Shown here: piece after piece, positions 1 to 8,446 of the stretch
How positions within the stretch are numbered: the stretch's first letter is position 1
Layout: each line of letters starts with the position of its first letter
NCBI GenBank assembly: GCA_044223005.1
Contig: JBGAML010000006.1
Location: forward strand, 32,001 to 96,000
DNA length: 64,000 bases
Direction of reading: 5' to 3'
Source: Candidatus Eiseniibacteriota bacterium
Lineage (GTDB): Bacteria > Eisenbacteria > RBG-16-71-46
The notes under the pieces: generated by a model
What the model was told of the DNA's origin: nothing
What the model saw: the letters and a program-made list of their open reading frames with translations, nothing else
Database searches by the model: none
Translations under genes and position numbers: made by a program

Positions 1-1697
1 TAGGCGTTCGCGCGGGCGTCGGAGTGGCTGTGCGCGACGGACGGGCTCCACGTGAGCTGGCCCTGGAGGTGCGGCACCAGCGGCTGCGTGTAGGCGACGC
101 GCGTCGCGAAGGAGTTCGTGACGCTGTGCGACTTCGAGACGAGGTCGAGCGTGTCGCTCACGGCGGGCACCGAGCCGACGTAGTCCGTGAGCGAGTACTG
201 GCCGCGGTCGTTGTTGCGCAGCGTGTGCCCGAACGAGAGGTCCGCGGAGAGGTTACGGCCGCGCTGCGCGAAACGGTGGCGGAGCGTGAGCCGGTTCGTG
301 AAGTTGTTGCCGTGCGTGTCCGAGTTCGTCCGGTTGTCCGACTGCGCCTGCGGCGTCCCGAGCAGGCTGCTGTAGCCCGCCGAGCCCGAGGTCACCGAGC
401 GGTTGGCCTGCCAGTAGAGCCGCGGAGCGAGGATCACCGAGTTCGCCGAGTCGGGCGTCCACTCGAGCTTCGCGTCGACGCGCTGGTTGGCGTTGCGGTT
501 CGCGGAGTTCGTCGTCTGGCCGTAGCCGAGCGTCGAGTCCTGCGGCGGGACGTACGTGCGCAGGAGCGACTGCAGGTCGTCGTTGCGTGCCTGGTTGACG
601 AAGACGCTGCCCGAGAGGTCGACCCGCTTGCCGAGCGGCGTCGTCAGGTTCAGCCCGCCCGAGTGCGTCGTCGTGAGCCCGCCCTGCTGGCCGACGAAGA
701 AGTTGCTCGGATCGAAGCCGCTGCCCAGGCCGCCGCCGCCCATGTGGAACACCTGCGGGCCGGGGCCGCCGCCACCGGGACGCGGGCCGCCGAACATCAT
801 CATGCGCGGGCCGCCGCCACCCCCGCCGCCGCCGGTCATGGCTCCGAAGAGGTCCTGCGGCGAGAAGTTCTGCTGGTTCACGTTGTTCGACATCCCGATC
901 ACCGTGAGGCGCGACGCGCCGTGGATCACCGAGGCGTTGCCGCCCGCCTGGTAGCGCTCCTGGTCGCCGCCGCCGCCGTACACCTTGCCGAACTTCGCGC
1001 GCCGGTCGCGCAGCAGGAAGTTCATGGTCTTCTGCGACTGGCCGTCGTCGAAGCCGCTGAACTCGGCCTGGTCGCTCATCTTGTCGAACACCTGGATGCG
1101 GTCGACGACGTCGGCGGGAAGGTTGCGCATCGCGGCGGTGGGATCGCTGCCGAAGAAGGGCTTGCCGTTGACGAGCACCTGCTGCACCTGCTCGCCGTTC
1201 ACCTTGACCGTGCCGCTCTCGACCGTGACGCCGGGCAGCTTCTGCACGAGGTCCTCGGCGGTGGCGTCCGGGTTCGTGCGCACCGCGCCCGCGCGGTACT
1301 CGGTGGTGTCGGCCCGCACGACCGCGGGCGGCGGGGATTCGTGCACGGTGATGCCGCGCACGTTCACCGCCTCGGGCGCGAGCTGCAGCAACCCGAGGTC
1401 CTGCCCGACCTTCTGAGCCCGCACGACCGTGCGCAACGGCGCGTAGCCGACGCGCGTGGCGACCAGCCGGTAGCCGCGCGTCTGCAGCCCGGCCACCTCG
1501 AACGTGCCGTCGTCGCGCCCGGTGGCGCGGTGCACGTCGCTCGTGTCGGCGAGGTTCGTCAGCACGATCCGCACCTGCGGCACGCCCGCGCCGCTGGTGG
1601 GATCCACGAACTTGCCGCGCAGGCTGGCCACGTCGGCGCGCGCGAGGGGCGCGAGGAGGAGCAGGGCGGCGAGCGCGGCGGAGACGCGAACGGGCAT
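1..1697 (-). CDS. Outer-membrane beta-barrel / TonB-dependent-receptor-like protein with N-terminal carboxypeptidase-regulatory-like domain (3' end runs off the window)
   Basis: Hand translation from ATG at 1697 (absent from ORF track because it is open at the edge). Signal peptide MPVRVSAALAALLLLAPLARA, then DTTEYRA...AEDLVQKLPGVTV...VLVNGKPFFGSDP...NLPADVVDRIQVFDKMSDQAEFSGFDDG, typical of Bacteroidota-type OMP/TBDR plug regions. Confidence 0.8.
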   Translation of the reverse strand, partial: MPVRVSAALAALLLLAPLARADVASLRGKFVDPTSGAGVPQVRIVLTNLADTSDVHRATGRDDGTFEVAGLQTRGYRLVATRVGYAPLRTVVRAQKVGQDLGLLQLAPEAVNVRGITVHESPPPAVVRADTTEYRAGAVRTNPDATAEDLVQKLPGVTVESGTVKVNGEQVQQVLVNGKPFFGSDPTAAMRNLPADVVDRIQVFDKMSDQAEFSGFDDGQSQKTMNFLLRDRRAKFGKVYGGGGDQERYQAGGNASVIHGASRLTVIGMSNNVNQQNFSPQDLFGAMTGGGGGGGGPRMMMFGGPRPGGGGPGPQVFHMGGGGLGSGFDPSNFFVGQQGGLTTTHSGGLNLTTPLGKRVDLSGSVFVNQARNDDLQSLLRTYVPPQDSTLGYGQTTNSANRNANQRVDAKLEWTPDSANSVILAPRLYWQANRSVTSGSAGYSSLLGTPQAQSDNRTNSDTHGNNFTNRLTLRHRFAQRGRNLSADLSFGHTLRNNDRGQYSLTDYVGSVPAVSDTLDLVSKSHSVTNSFATRVAYTQPLVPHLQGQLTWSPSVAHSHSDARANA

Positions 1698-1940
1698 GAG
1701 GATCCTCAGGGGAGAGCGGTCGAGCGGGGCAGGGTACCCCACGGAGGGACGAACGATCACGCGGCCGGGTCCGGGGCGCCGCGTGATCCGGGCACTCGGA
1801 CAGTCCCGCGCGCGTCGCGGTTGGCGCGGCGCGCGACGTCCGTGGCCGAATCGCCGACGGACGCGGCGTTCGCGCCGGTTTCGCGTGCGGGGCGGGTACT
1901 CGACTTCCGTTCGCCGACGGGCTGCCGCATGCTGCGCCGC

Positions 1941-2822
1941 ATGCACGATCCGGCTCCCATCGCCGTCGGGCTCGCGGGCGCGGGCCCGTGGGCCGCGAAA
2001 GCGTACGCACCGATGCTCGCCGCCGGCCCCGAGACGCGTCTCGCCGGCGTCTGGAGCCCGGGCGGCGCGTCGGCCGCGGCGCTCGCCGCGGCGCACGGGG
2101 TGCCGGCGGCGCCGACGTTCGAGGCGCTGCTCGCGGAGTGCGACGCCGTGGCATTCGCGATCCCGCCCGACGCGCAGGCGGAACTGGCGGGCCAGGCGGC
2201 GCGCGCGGGGCGCGCGCTGCTGCTCGACAAGCCGCTGGCGCTAGATCTCGCGGCGGCGGAGCGGCTCGCCGGCGAGGTCGAGCGCGCGGGTGTGGTGACG
2301 CAGCTCATGCTGACGCATCGCTACCGGCGCGCGACGCGGGAGTTCCTCGAACGGGCCCGCGGGTTCGCGGCGATCGGGGCGCGCGTGGCGTTCGTGTCGG
2401 GCGCGTTCGTGAGCGGGCCCTACGCCAACGCGTGGCGGCGCGAGCACGGCGCGCTCCACGATCTCGGGCCGCACGCGTTCGACCTGCTCGAAGCGGCGAT
2501 GGGCCCGATCGAGGCGATCACGGGAGCGGGCGACCCGCGCCGGTGGGTGACGCTCGCCTGCACGCACGCGAGCGGCGCGGTGAGCGAGCTCTCGCTCACG
2601 GGCGTGGTCGAGCTGCCGAAGACGGTGTTCCGGCTCGATCTCTACGGGCCGCAGGGTACGCTCGCCTTCGACGCCGTCGCGGCCTCCGCCGAGGAGCCGT
2701 GGGCCGCCGCGCGCGCCACGTTCGCGGGGGCGGTGCGGAGCGGCCGCTCGCCGGAGTGCGACGTGCATCGCGGCGTGCGGCTGCAGTCGCTTCTCGAGCG
2801 CGCCCGGCTCGCGCTTCGCTGA
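1941..2822 (+). CDS. Gfo/Idh/MocA family oxidoreductase
   Basis: VGLAGAGPWA Rossmann motif, LLLDKPLA, GALHDLGPHAFD. Start at 1941 or 1929. Confidence 0.85.
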   Translation: MHDPAPIAVGLAGAGPWAAKAYAPMLAAGPETRLAGVWSPGGASAAALAAAHGVPAAPTFEALLAECDAVAFAIPPDAQAELAGQAARAGRALLLDKPLALDLAAAERLAGEVERAGVVTQLMLTHRYRRATREFLERARGFAAIGARVAFVSGAFVSGPYANAWRREHGALHDLGPHAFDLLEAAMGPIEAITGAGDPRRWVTLACTHASGAVSELSLTGVVELPKTVFRLDLYGPQGTLAFDAVAASAEEPWAAARATFAGAVRSGRSPECDVHRGVRLQSLLERARLALR

Positions 2823-2831
2823 GCGGACGCG

Positions 2832-3578
2832 TCAGTCCGTCGCGATCGTCTCGTCGAGCGTGCTCATCACCTCGCGCGCGCAATCCGGGCAGTAGCCGTG
2901 CGAGAAGTTGGCGTCGCTGCGGTCGCGCACGTAGACCTCGATCGGCTGCCATTCCCCGCGATCGTCCCGGACGCGCTTGCAGTTGACGCAGATCGACAGG
3001 ATCCCGCGCAGGGTCTTGATCTCGCGCATCGCCTTCTCGAGCCGGTCCGCGCGATCGTTCGCGATCTCCAGGAGCCGCGCGTTCTCGATCACGAGTGGAT
3101 CGAACGCGGGCGCATCGTCGCTCGTGCGCGGGGTCAGGGCGTAACGCGAGCGCACGACGTCGTGCTCCAGGTCGAACTCCTTCTCCAGCAGCTCGACGTC
3201 GATCCGGTTCCGTCCGGCCACGTACTGCAGGCACAGGTTGAGCGGGCAGGCGAGGAAGGGATTCGCGATCTCCTCGTGCAGCCGCCGGTAGGCGTCGGCG
3301 CCGTAGAGACCGTGCCACACGAAGTCGGGCCCGCGTTCGGTCTCCGTGAGTTCGACCTCGCGTGCGAAGCCGTTCGCGACGAAGAGCTCGATCATCCGCT
3401 TGAGGTCGCCGGGATCGCCGTGTTCGTCGATCGCGAATCCGCGTTCCCCGAGGTACTCGGTCAGCTCCTTGCCGACTTCCCGCAGCACCGCACCCTGGGC
3501 GAACGCGTTGTACTTGGACAAGACGCGGCCGAACGCCACCAGCATGCCTTCGTAGAGAGCCTTCTCGAACTCGCGCAT
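2832..3578 (-). CDS. Putative sensory protein: V4R/MetOD1-like N-domain plus C-terminal CxxC...HGxCPxC metal-binding tail
   Basis: C-terminal 248 aa of the 878-aa ORF from MREFEKALY. Ends EIKTLRGILSICVNCKRVRDDRGEWQPIEVYV...FSHGYCPDC. Confidence 0.7.
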   Translation of the reverse strand: MREFEKALYEGMLVAFGRVLSKYNAFAQGAVLREVGKELTEYLGERGFAIDEHGDPGDLKRMIELFVANGFAREVELTETERGPDFVWHGLYGADAYRRLHEEIANPFLACPLNLCLQYVAGRNRIDVELLEKEFDLEHDVVRSRYALTPRTSDDAPAFDPLVIENARLLEIANDRADRLEKAMREIKTLRGILSICVNCKRVRDDRGEWQPIEVYVRDRSDANFSHGYCPDCAREVMSTLDETIATD

Positions 3579-3802
3579 CGACACTCCGGCGAGGGGGACC
3601 GGCGCGCGACGGACACGGTGCGGGGGACACCAGGCCGCGAGGAACGTCACACGCCCGATGTTGCGAGGATAGGTCCGCGAGCGACTGCGAACAACGTCGC
3701 AGGGGCGGCGTACTCCCGGCGGCGGACGCCGCCACGCCGCGAGACGCCCGTCGCGGTGACGGCCGCCGTACCGTCGCGTGACGGCCGTCAGGCGGACCCG
3801 CG

Positions 3803-4162
3803 TCAGCGCTCCGATATGGCTCCCACGGCGCCCGCATGCGCCTTTTCCCACTGCTCGATCGCTTCCTCGAGCTCCTCGATGCTCTCGTGCGTACCCGTCC
3901 GGCGGAGCGCCGCGAGCTGCACGCGTGCGCCGGCGACGTCGTTGGTCTCCAGCAGGCCTTCGCCGTAGTACTCGAGCGCCAGCGCGAAGTCCGGCTTGAG
4001 GCGCAGGGCCGTGCGGTACGCCGCGAACGCCCCGGGGTAGTCGCCGAGCTTGCGCGAGCTGAAGCCGACGAGGTTCCACGCCTCCGCCGACGTGCTGTCG
4101 TACTCGACCGCCTCCCGGCTGCGGTCGAGCGCGAGCAGTGGTGCCAGACGGACGAGTCGCAT
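3803..4162 (-). CDS. Small TPR-repeat protein (possibly N-terminally truncated)
   Basis: AEAWNLVGFSSRKLGDYPGAFAAYRTALRLKPDFALALEYYGE TPR consensus; GGAGG upstream of ATG. Confidence 0.65.
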   Translation of the reverse strand: MRLVRLAPLLALDRSREAVEYDSTSAEAWNLVGFSSRKLGDYPGAFAAYRTALRLKPDFALALEYYGEGLLETNDVAGARVQLAALRRTGTHESIEELEEAIEQWEKAHAGAVGAISER

Positions 4163-4325
4163 GGAACCTCCCAGGGGGTGTGGCCGGAATACGGGGCCGC
4201 GGAAAGCGTGTGACCCGGAGGGGAAAGGACTCGTGCGCGACGAGTGGCCCGGCTATCCTCGTGGGGATCGTTCGGTGGCCACCGGGTGTCGCCACCGCCC
4301 CACGCCCGATCCGGGAGACCGCCCC

Positions 4326-5465
4326 TTGCTCCGACATCGGTTCGCCTTCCTGCTCCTGCTGCTCGCCGCAGGCGGCCCCGGTCCGGTGCACGCGACGCCG
4401 GCGTGCGACCACGTGATGGTGATCGTGATGGAGAACCATCCGTACGACACCATGGTGGCGCTGCCTTTCGTGACCTCGCTCGCGGCTCAGGGCGCCCTGT
4501 TCACCGAGTCGTACGCGATCACGCATCCCTCCGAGCCCAACTACCACACGCTGTGGTCGGCGGCGCTGCAGGCCGAGACGAGCGACGGTTGCCCGGCCGC
4601 GGGCTCGCCCTACTTCGGCGAGAATCTCGGCCACGCGTGCGAAGTCGCGGGCCGGCGCTGGCGCGCGTACCTCGAGAACCTGCCCGGGCCCGGCGATCCG
4701 GTGTGCAACGCGGATGGCTCGCTGTACGCGCGGCGGCATGCCCCGTGGACGGACTTCGGGAACGTCACCCAGGCCAACGCGCGCCCGTTCGGCGATCTCG
4801 CGAACGACATCGCGAACGACTCGCTGCCGGCGCTGGCGTTCGTGATCCCGAACAACTGCGACAACATGCACGACTGCTCGCCCGCGACGGGGCAGTCGTG
4901 GCTCGCCGGGCACGTCCCCGGCTGGCTGCAGGCGCTGGGCCCGCGCGGGCTGCTCATCCTCACGTGGGACGAGGACGACTACGCGGGTACGAACCACATC
5001 TGCACGGTGTTCGCCGGCGGTGTCGTCCAGCCGGCCTCGGTGTGCACGCGGACCATCACGCACTACACGGTGGTCCGAACGGTGTGCGAGGCCCTCGGCC
5101 TCGCGCCGTTCGCCAACGCCGCGACCGACAGCTCGATCACGGGCATCTGGGCGGACACCACGACGACGCTGCACGTGCCGCCCGCCGCGGCGACGGTGGC
5201 GCTGGGTCCCGTGCACCCGAATCCCTCGCGCGACGCCGCGAGCGCGCGGCTCACGCTGTCCTCGCCGCGATTCGTGCAGGCGGCGGTCGTGGACCTCGCG
5301 GGACGGCGCGTGCGCACGCTCGCGAGCGGGACGTACACGGGCACGCTGGCGCTCGCGTGGGACGGTCGCGACGAGGCGGGCCGCGCGGTGGCGCCGGGCG
5401 CATACCGGCTCGCGGTCACGGCCGGGAGCGAACGCTTCTCGCGCCTGCTCGTCCGGCTGCGCTGA
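4326..5465 (+). CDS. Secreted phosphoesterase (acid phosphatase family) with C-terminal FlgD-Ig/T9SS-like domain
   Basis: DHVMVIVMENH, THPSEPNY, DNMHD, TWDE, THY motifs. Tail PNP...DLAGRRVRTL...WDGRD...GAY. Start (TTG 4326) uncertain. Confidence 0.8.
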   Translation: MLRHRFAFLLLLLAAGGPGPVHATPACDHVMVIVMENHPYDTMVALPFVTSLAAQGALFTESYAITHPSEPNYHTLWSAALQAETSDGCPAAGSPYFGENLGHACEVAGRRWRAYLENLPGPGDPVCNADGSLYARRHAPWTDFGNVTQANARPFGDLANDIANDSLPALAFVIPNNCDNMHDCSPATGQSWLAGHVPGWLQALGPRGLLILTWDEDDYAGTNHICTVFAGGVVQPASVCTRTITHYTVVRTVCEALGLAPFANAATDSSITGIWADTTTTLHVPPAAATVALGPVHPNPSRDAASARLTLSSPRFVQAAVVDLAGRRVRTLASGTYTGTLALAWDGRDEAGRAVAPGAYRLAVTAGSERFSRLLVRLR

Positions 5466-5538
5466 CACGCGGCCGGGCGACCGCTACGATGGGCGGCGTC
5501 CTCCCCGGCCGCGTCCCCGTCACCGATTCGAGGTTCCC

Positions 5539-6132
5539 ATGAAACGCCTCGCCGCCTTGTTCGCCGCGCTCGCCGCGGTGTCGCTGCTGCTCGTCCTGCC
5601 CGGTTGCGCCACGCTGCAGGAGATGGCCGCGGTCCGTTCGCTCGCGTTCGCGTTCACCGGCGTCTCCGACGTGCGGCTCGCGGGCATCGCCATCGGTCCC
5701 GGCACGAGCTTCGCCACGATCGGCGTCGGCGATGCCGCCCGGCTCGGCGCGGCCGTGGCCACGCGCCAGGTGCCGATCGAGCTGGTCGCGCACGTGGGCG
5801 CCACGAACCCGGCCGAAAACCACGTGCCCGCGCGGCTCGCGCACCTGGACTGGACGCTGTTCGTGGACCAGAAGCAGGCGCTCGCGGGCGCGGTGGCGGA
5901 TCCGGTGATGGTGCAGCCGGGACGTACGGCGGACGTGCCGATCGCGGTGCGCTTCGACCTGCTCCAGTTCGCCAACGGCGGCGCCCGCGACCTGTTCGAC
6001 CTGGCGCTGGCGATCTCGGGTCACGGCGCGACGAAGAAGGACGTGCGGCTGGAACTGGTGCCGACCGTCGACACGTCGCTGGGGCCCATCCGCTACCCGC
6101 AGCCGATCGTCGTCCACCGCGCGGCGAACTGA
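5539..6132 (+). CDS. LEA type-2-like lipoprotein
   Basis: Lipobox LLLVLPG-C; beta-rich body with ATNP...LDWTLFVD, typical of LEA_2. Confidence 0.65.
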   Translation: MKRLAALFAALAAVSLLLVLPGCATLQEMAAVRSLAFAFTGVSDVRLAGIAIGPGTSFATIGVGDAARLGAAVATRQVPIELVAHVGATNPAENHVPARLAHLDWTLFVDQKQALAGAVADPVMVQPGRTADVPIAVRFDLLQFANGGARDLFDLALAISGHGATKKDVRLELVPTVDTSLGPIRYPQPIVVHRAAN

Positions 6133-6166
6133 GCGCGCGGCGGACGCGACGGATCGGGGAGGGCGT

Positions 6167-6997
6167 TCAGCGGGCCGGCTTCGTGGCCCGGATGAACGCG
6201 CTGTAGAACTTGCCGTCGACCTCGCGCGCGAGCGTCTCCACGTCGAAGCCCTGGCCCGCGAGGAAGTCCTTCGCGTCCTCGACGGTGTAGGTGCGCGTGG
6301 GCTCGAAGCCGACGCCGGTGAACCCGGCCGCCTCCAGCTTCGCACGGTAGTCGCTCTCCTCGAGCGCGCCCGCCACGCAGCCGGACCACAGCTCGACGCT
6401 GCGGCGGATCTTGTCGGGGACGGCGCCGCGCACGACGATGTCGGAGACCGCGAACCGGCCGCCGGGCTTGAGCACCCGGAAGGCCTCGCGCAGCACGCGG
6501 TCCTTGTCGCCCGAGAGGTTGATCACGCAGTTGGAGATGATCACGTCGACCGACGCGTCGGGGAGCGGGATCGCCTCGATCTCGCCCTTCAGGAACTCGA
6601 CGTTGGTGACGCCGGCCTCGGCCTGGTTCCTCCGCGCGAGGTCGAGCATGTCGTCGGTCATGTCCAGCCCGTACGCCTTGCCCGTGGGGCCGACGCGCTT
6701 GGCGGAGAGCAGCACGTCGATGCCGCCGCCGGATCCGAGGTCGAGCACGACCTCGCCCGCAAGCAGTTCGGCGAGCGCGGTGGGATTGCCGCAGCCGAGC
6801 GAGGCCTTGACCGCGTTCTCGGGGAGCGAGTCCGTTTCGTGAGACGCGTAGAGGTCGGAGGTGATCGGGTCGCGCGTCGCGGCCATGCCGCCGCAGCACG
6901 CGGAGCTCCCGCAGCACGAACTCTTCTCGCCGCTCACGGCACGCCGCGCGGCCTCACCGTACTTTTCCTGCACCACGATCTTGAGACTGTCGCTCAT
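6167..6997 (-). CDS. arsM: Arsenite S-adenosylmethionine methyltransferase
   Basis: SCC N-terminus, SLGCGNP, VLDLGSGGGID, IISNCVINL, LWSGCVAGAL; 4-nt overlap with arsR. Confidence 0.92.
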   Translation of the reverse strand: MSDSLKIVVQEKYGEAARRAVSGEKSSCCGSSACCGGMAATRDPITSDLYASHETDSLPENAVKASLGCGNPTALAELLAGEVVLDLGSGGGIDVLLSAKRVGPTGKAYGLDMTDDMLDLARRNQAEAGVTNVEFLKGEIEAIPLPDASVDVIISNCVINLSGDKDRVLREAFRVLKPGGRFAVSDIVVRGAVPDKIRRSVELWSGCVAGALEESDYRAKLEAAGFTGVGFEPTRTYTVEDAKDFLAGQGFDVETLAREVDGKFYSAFIRATKPAR

Positions 6998-7380
6998 GCC
7001 CGGCTCCTTTTCGGCCCGCAGTCGCAAAGCGAGATCACGGCGTCCGGGTTCACCGCCCGGGTCCGCGAACAACATTCGGAGAAGAAGAACCCGAGCAGTT
7101 CCTGCAACACCTCGGTGTTCGCGCGGTATCGCAGGAACGTGCTCTCCCGCTCGACGGTCACCAGGCCCTCGGCGCGAAGCCGGTCGAGGTGGTGGGAGAG
7201 CGTCGAGGCCGGGATCGCCAGTTCGGCCTGGATCTCGCCGGCCACCATGCCGGCCGGATGGGCGGCGAGCAGCAGGCGGAGGATCTGCAGCCGCGACTCG
7301 GTACCCAGTGCGGCGAACATGTCGGCGAAGCGTGCGGTCTGCTCCGCGAGGGCTTTGGATGACGAGGTGTTCGGGCTCAT
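6994..7380 (-). CDS. arsR: ArsR/SmtB family repressor
   Basis: FAALGTESRLQILRLL, STLSHHL HTH, C-terminal ECC...CDC. Confidence 0.9.
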   Translation of the reverse strand: MSPNTSSSKALAEQTARFADMFAALGTESRLQILRLLLAAHPAGMVAGEIQAELAIPASTLSHHLDRLRAEGLVTVERESTFLRYRANTEVLQELLGFFFSECCSRTRAVNPDAVISLCDCGPKRSRA

Positions 7381-7446
7381 ATTTCGATGTTACTGGAAAC
7401 GACGAAATAAGGCCAACGGAATCAGTGAGGGGCGTTCGGGGAGCGC

Positions 7447-8304
7447 CTACGGTGCCGGCGCGAAGACCCTCCGCAGCGCGCGCAGCGCGGCGGGATGGTA
7501 GATCGTCGCGTGCGTCTCGGCGGGCATGGGCTCGTACCACCAGCGCAGGTGCGCGGGGGGCCGGCGTTGCAGCGCGGCGGCGAGCGCGCTCGTGACGCGC
7601 GCGAGGTCCCACTCGCTGCTGCTCGCGAGGAACAGGGCGCGCGGACGATCGTCCAGCGCCGACAGCCGCTCGGGCGCGGACTTCACGAGCGCTTCGTCGT
7701 TCCACCACAGGCTCGGGTCGAACGCGAGGTAGGCGTCGAACAGGTCCGGCTCGAGCAGGAACGTCTCGACCACGAAGAGCCCGGCGAGCGACTCGCCCAT
7801 GATCGCCGTCTCGCGCGTGGTGCGGTAGCGCGCGTCGATCGCGGGGCGCAGTTCGTCGCGCAGGAAGGCGCGAAACGCGGCGGAGCCGCCCACGTGCGGC
7901 GCGATCTCGCGATCGCGCGGGTTGCGCGTGGGGCCGGTGAGGTCGCGGCGGCGCTGCGTGTTCTCGATGCCCACGAGCATGAACGGCCGCATGCCGCCGT
8001 TGCCGATCAGCACCTGCAGCAGCCCGGCCACGTGCTGGAAGTCCTCCGCGATTCCGCCGTCGGGCATGTAGAGCACGGGCAGTCGCACGGATGCCGACTC
8101 GGCGTAGACGGGCGGCAGCCACACGTTGATGCGCCGCACTTCGCCGAGCGAGTCGGAGCGCAGCGTGAACGTTTCGCCGATCGCGATCGGCGCGGCCACG
8201 CTCACGGCGGGCGCCGCGGGCTTCGCGGCCGTCCCTGCGGCCGCCGGCACCGCGAAAACCAGGCCCAGCAGCGCCCATGCGAATCCCGTGCGCATCGTCG
8301 TCAT
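7447..8304 (-). CDS. Secreted alpha/beta hydrolase (IroE/Fes-like putative esterase)
   Basis: Signal peptide, PVLYMPDG, RRRDLT, GESLAG nucleophile elbow, SLWW, ETH. Confidence 0.85.
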   Translation of the reverse strand: MTTMRTGFAWALLGLVFAVPAAAGTAAKPAAPAVSVAAPIAIGETFTLRSDSLGEVRRINVWLPPVYAESASVRLPVLYMPDGGIAEDFQHVAGLLQVLIGNGGMRPFMLVGIENTQRRRDLTGPTRNPRDREIAPHVGGSAAFRAFLRDELRPAIDARYRTTRETAIMGESLAGLFVVETFLLEPDLFDAYLAFDPSLWWNDEALVKSAPERLSALDDRPRALFLASSSEWDLARVTSALAAALQRRPPAHLRWWYEPMPAETHATIYHPAALRALRRVFAPAP

Positions 8305-8395
8305 CGTCCGCCTCCCCGGTGGCCGGCCCCGCCCGGGCCGCTCGCGCCACCGTAGCGGTGCGGCCCGGGGCTCCGCAACGCGGGCGGACGAAACG

Positions 8396-8430
8396 CCGCG
8401 GCCCCGGCGAACGGATCGCCGGGGCCGCGG
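8396..8430 (-). terminator. Stem-loop, likely intrinsic terminator of the coiled-coil gene
   Basis: 15-bp perfect inverted repeat ccgcggccccggcga/tcgccggggccgcgg, 5-nt loop, followed by cgtttcgt on the minus strand. Confidence 0.6.
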
Positions 8431-8446
8431 GTGTGCGATCGCTGGA

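Noticed and set aside
24..1940. N-terminal two-thirds of the 932-aa plus-strand ORF
   Set aside because: Antisense to the minus-strand OM receptor; only 1941-2822 is a recognisable oxidoreductase
6167..8350. Apparent long fusions in the ORF track (727-aa ArsM; likewise 1446-aa tricorn, 967-aa PorV, 401-aa CrcB, 569-aa E1alpha)
   Set aside because: Upstream extensions are off-frame read-through of neighbouring genes in stop-poor DNA; internal starts with RBS or stop-start overlaps explain them
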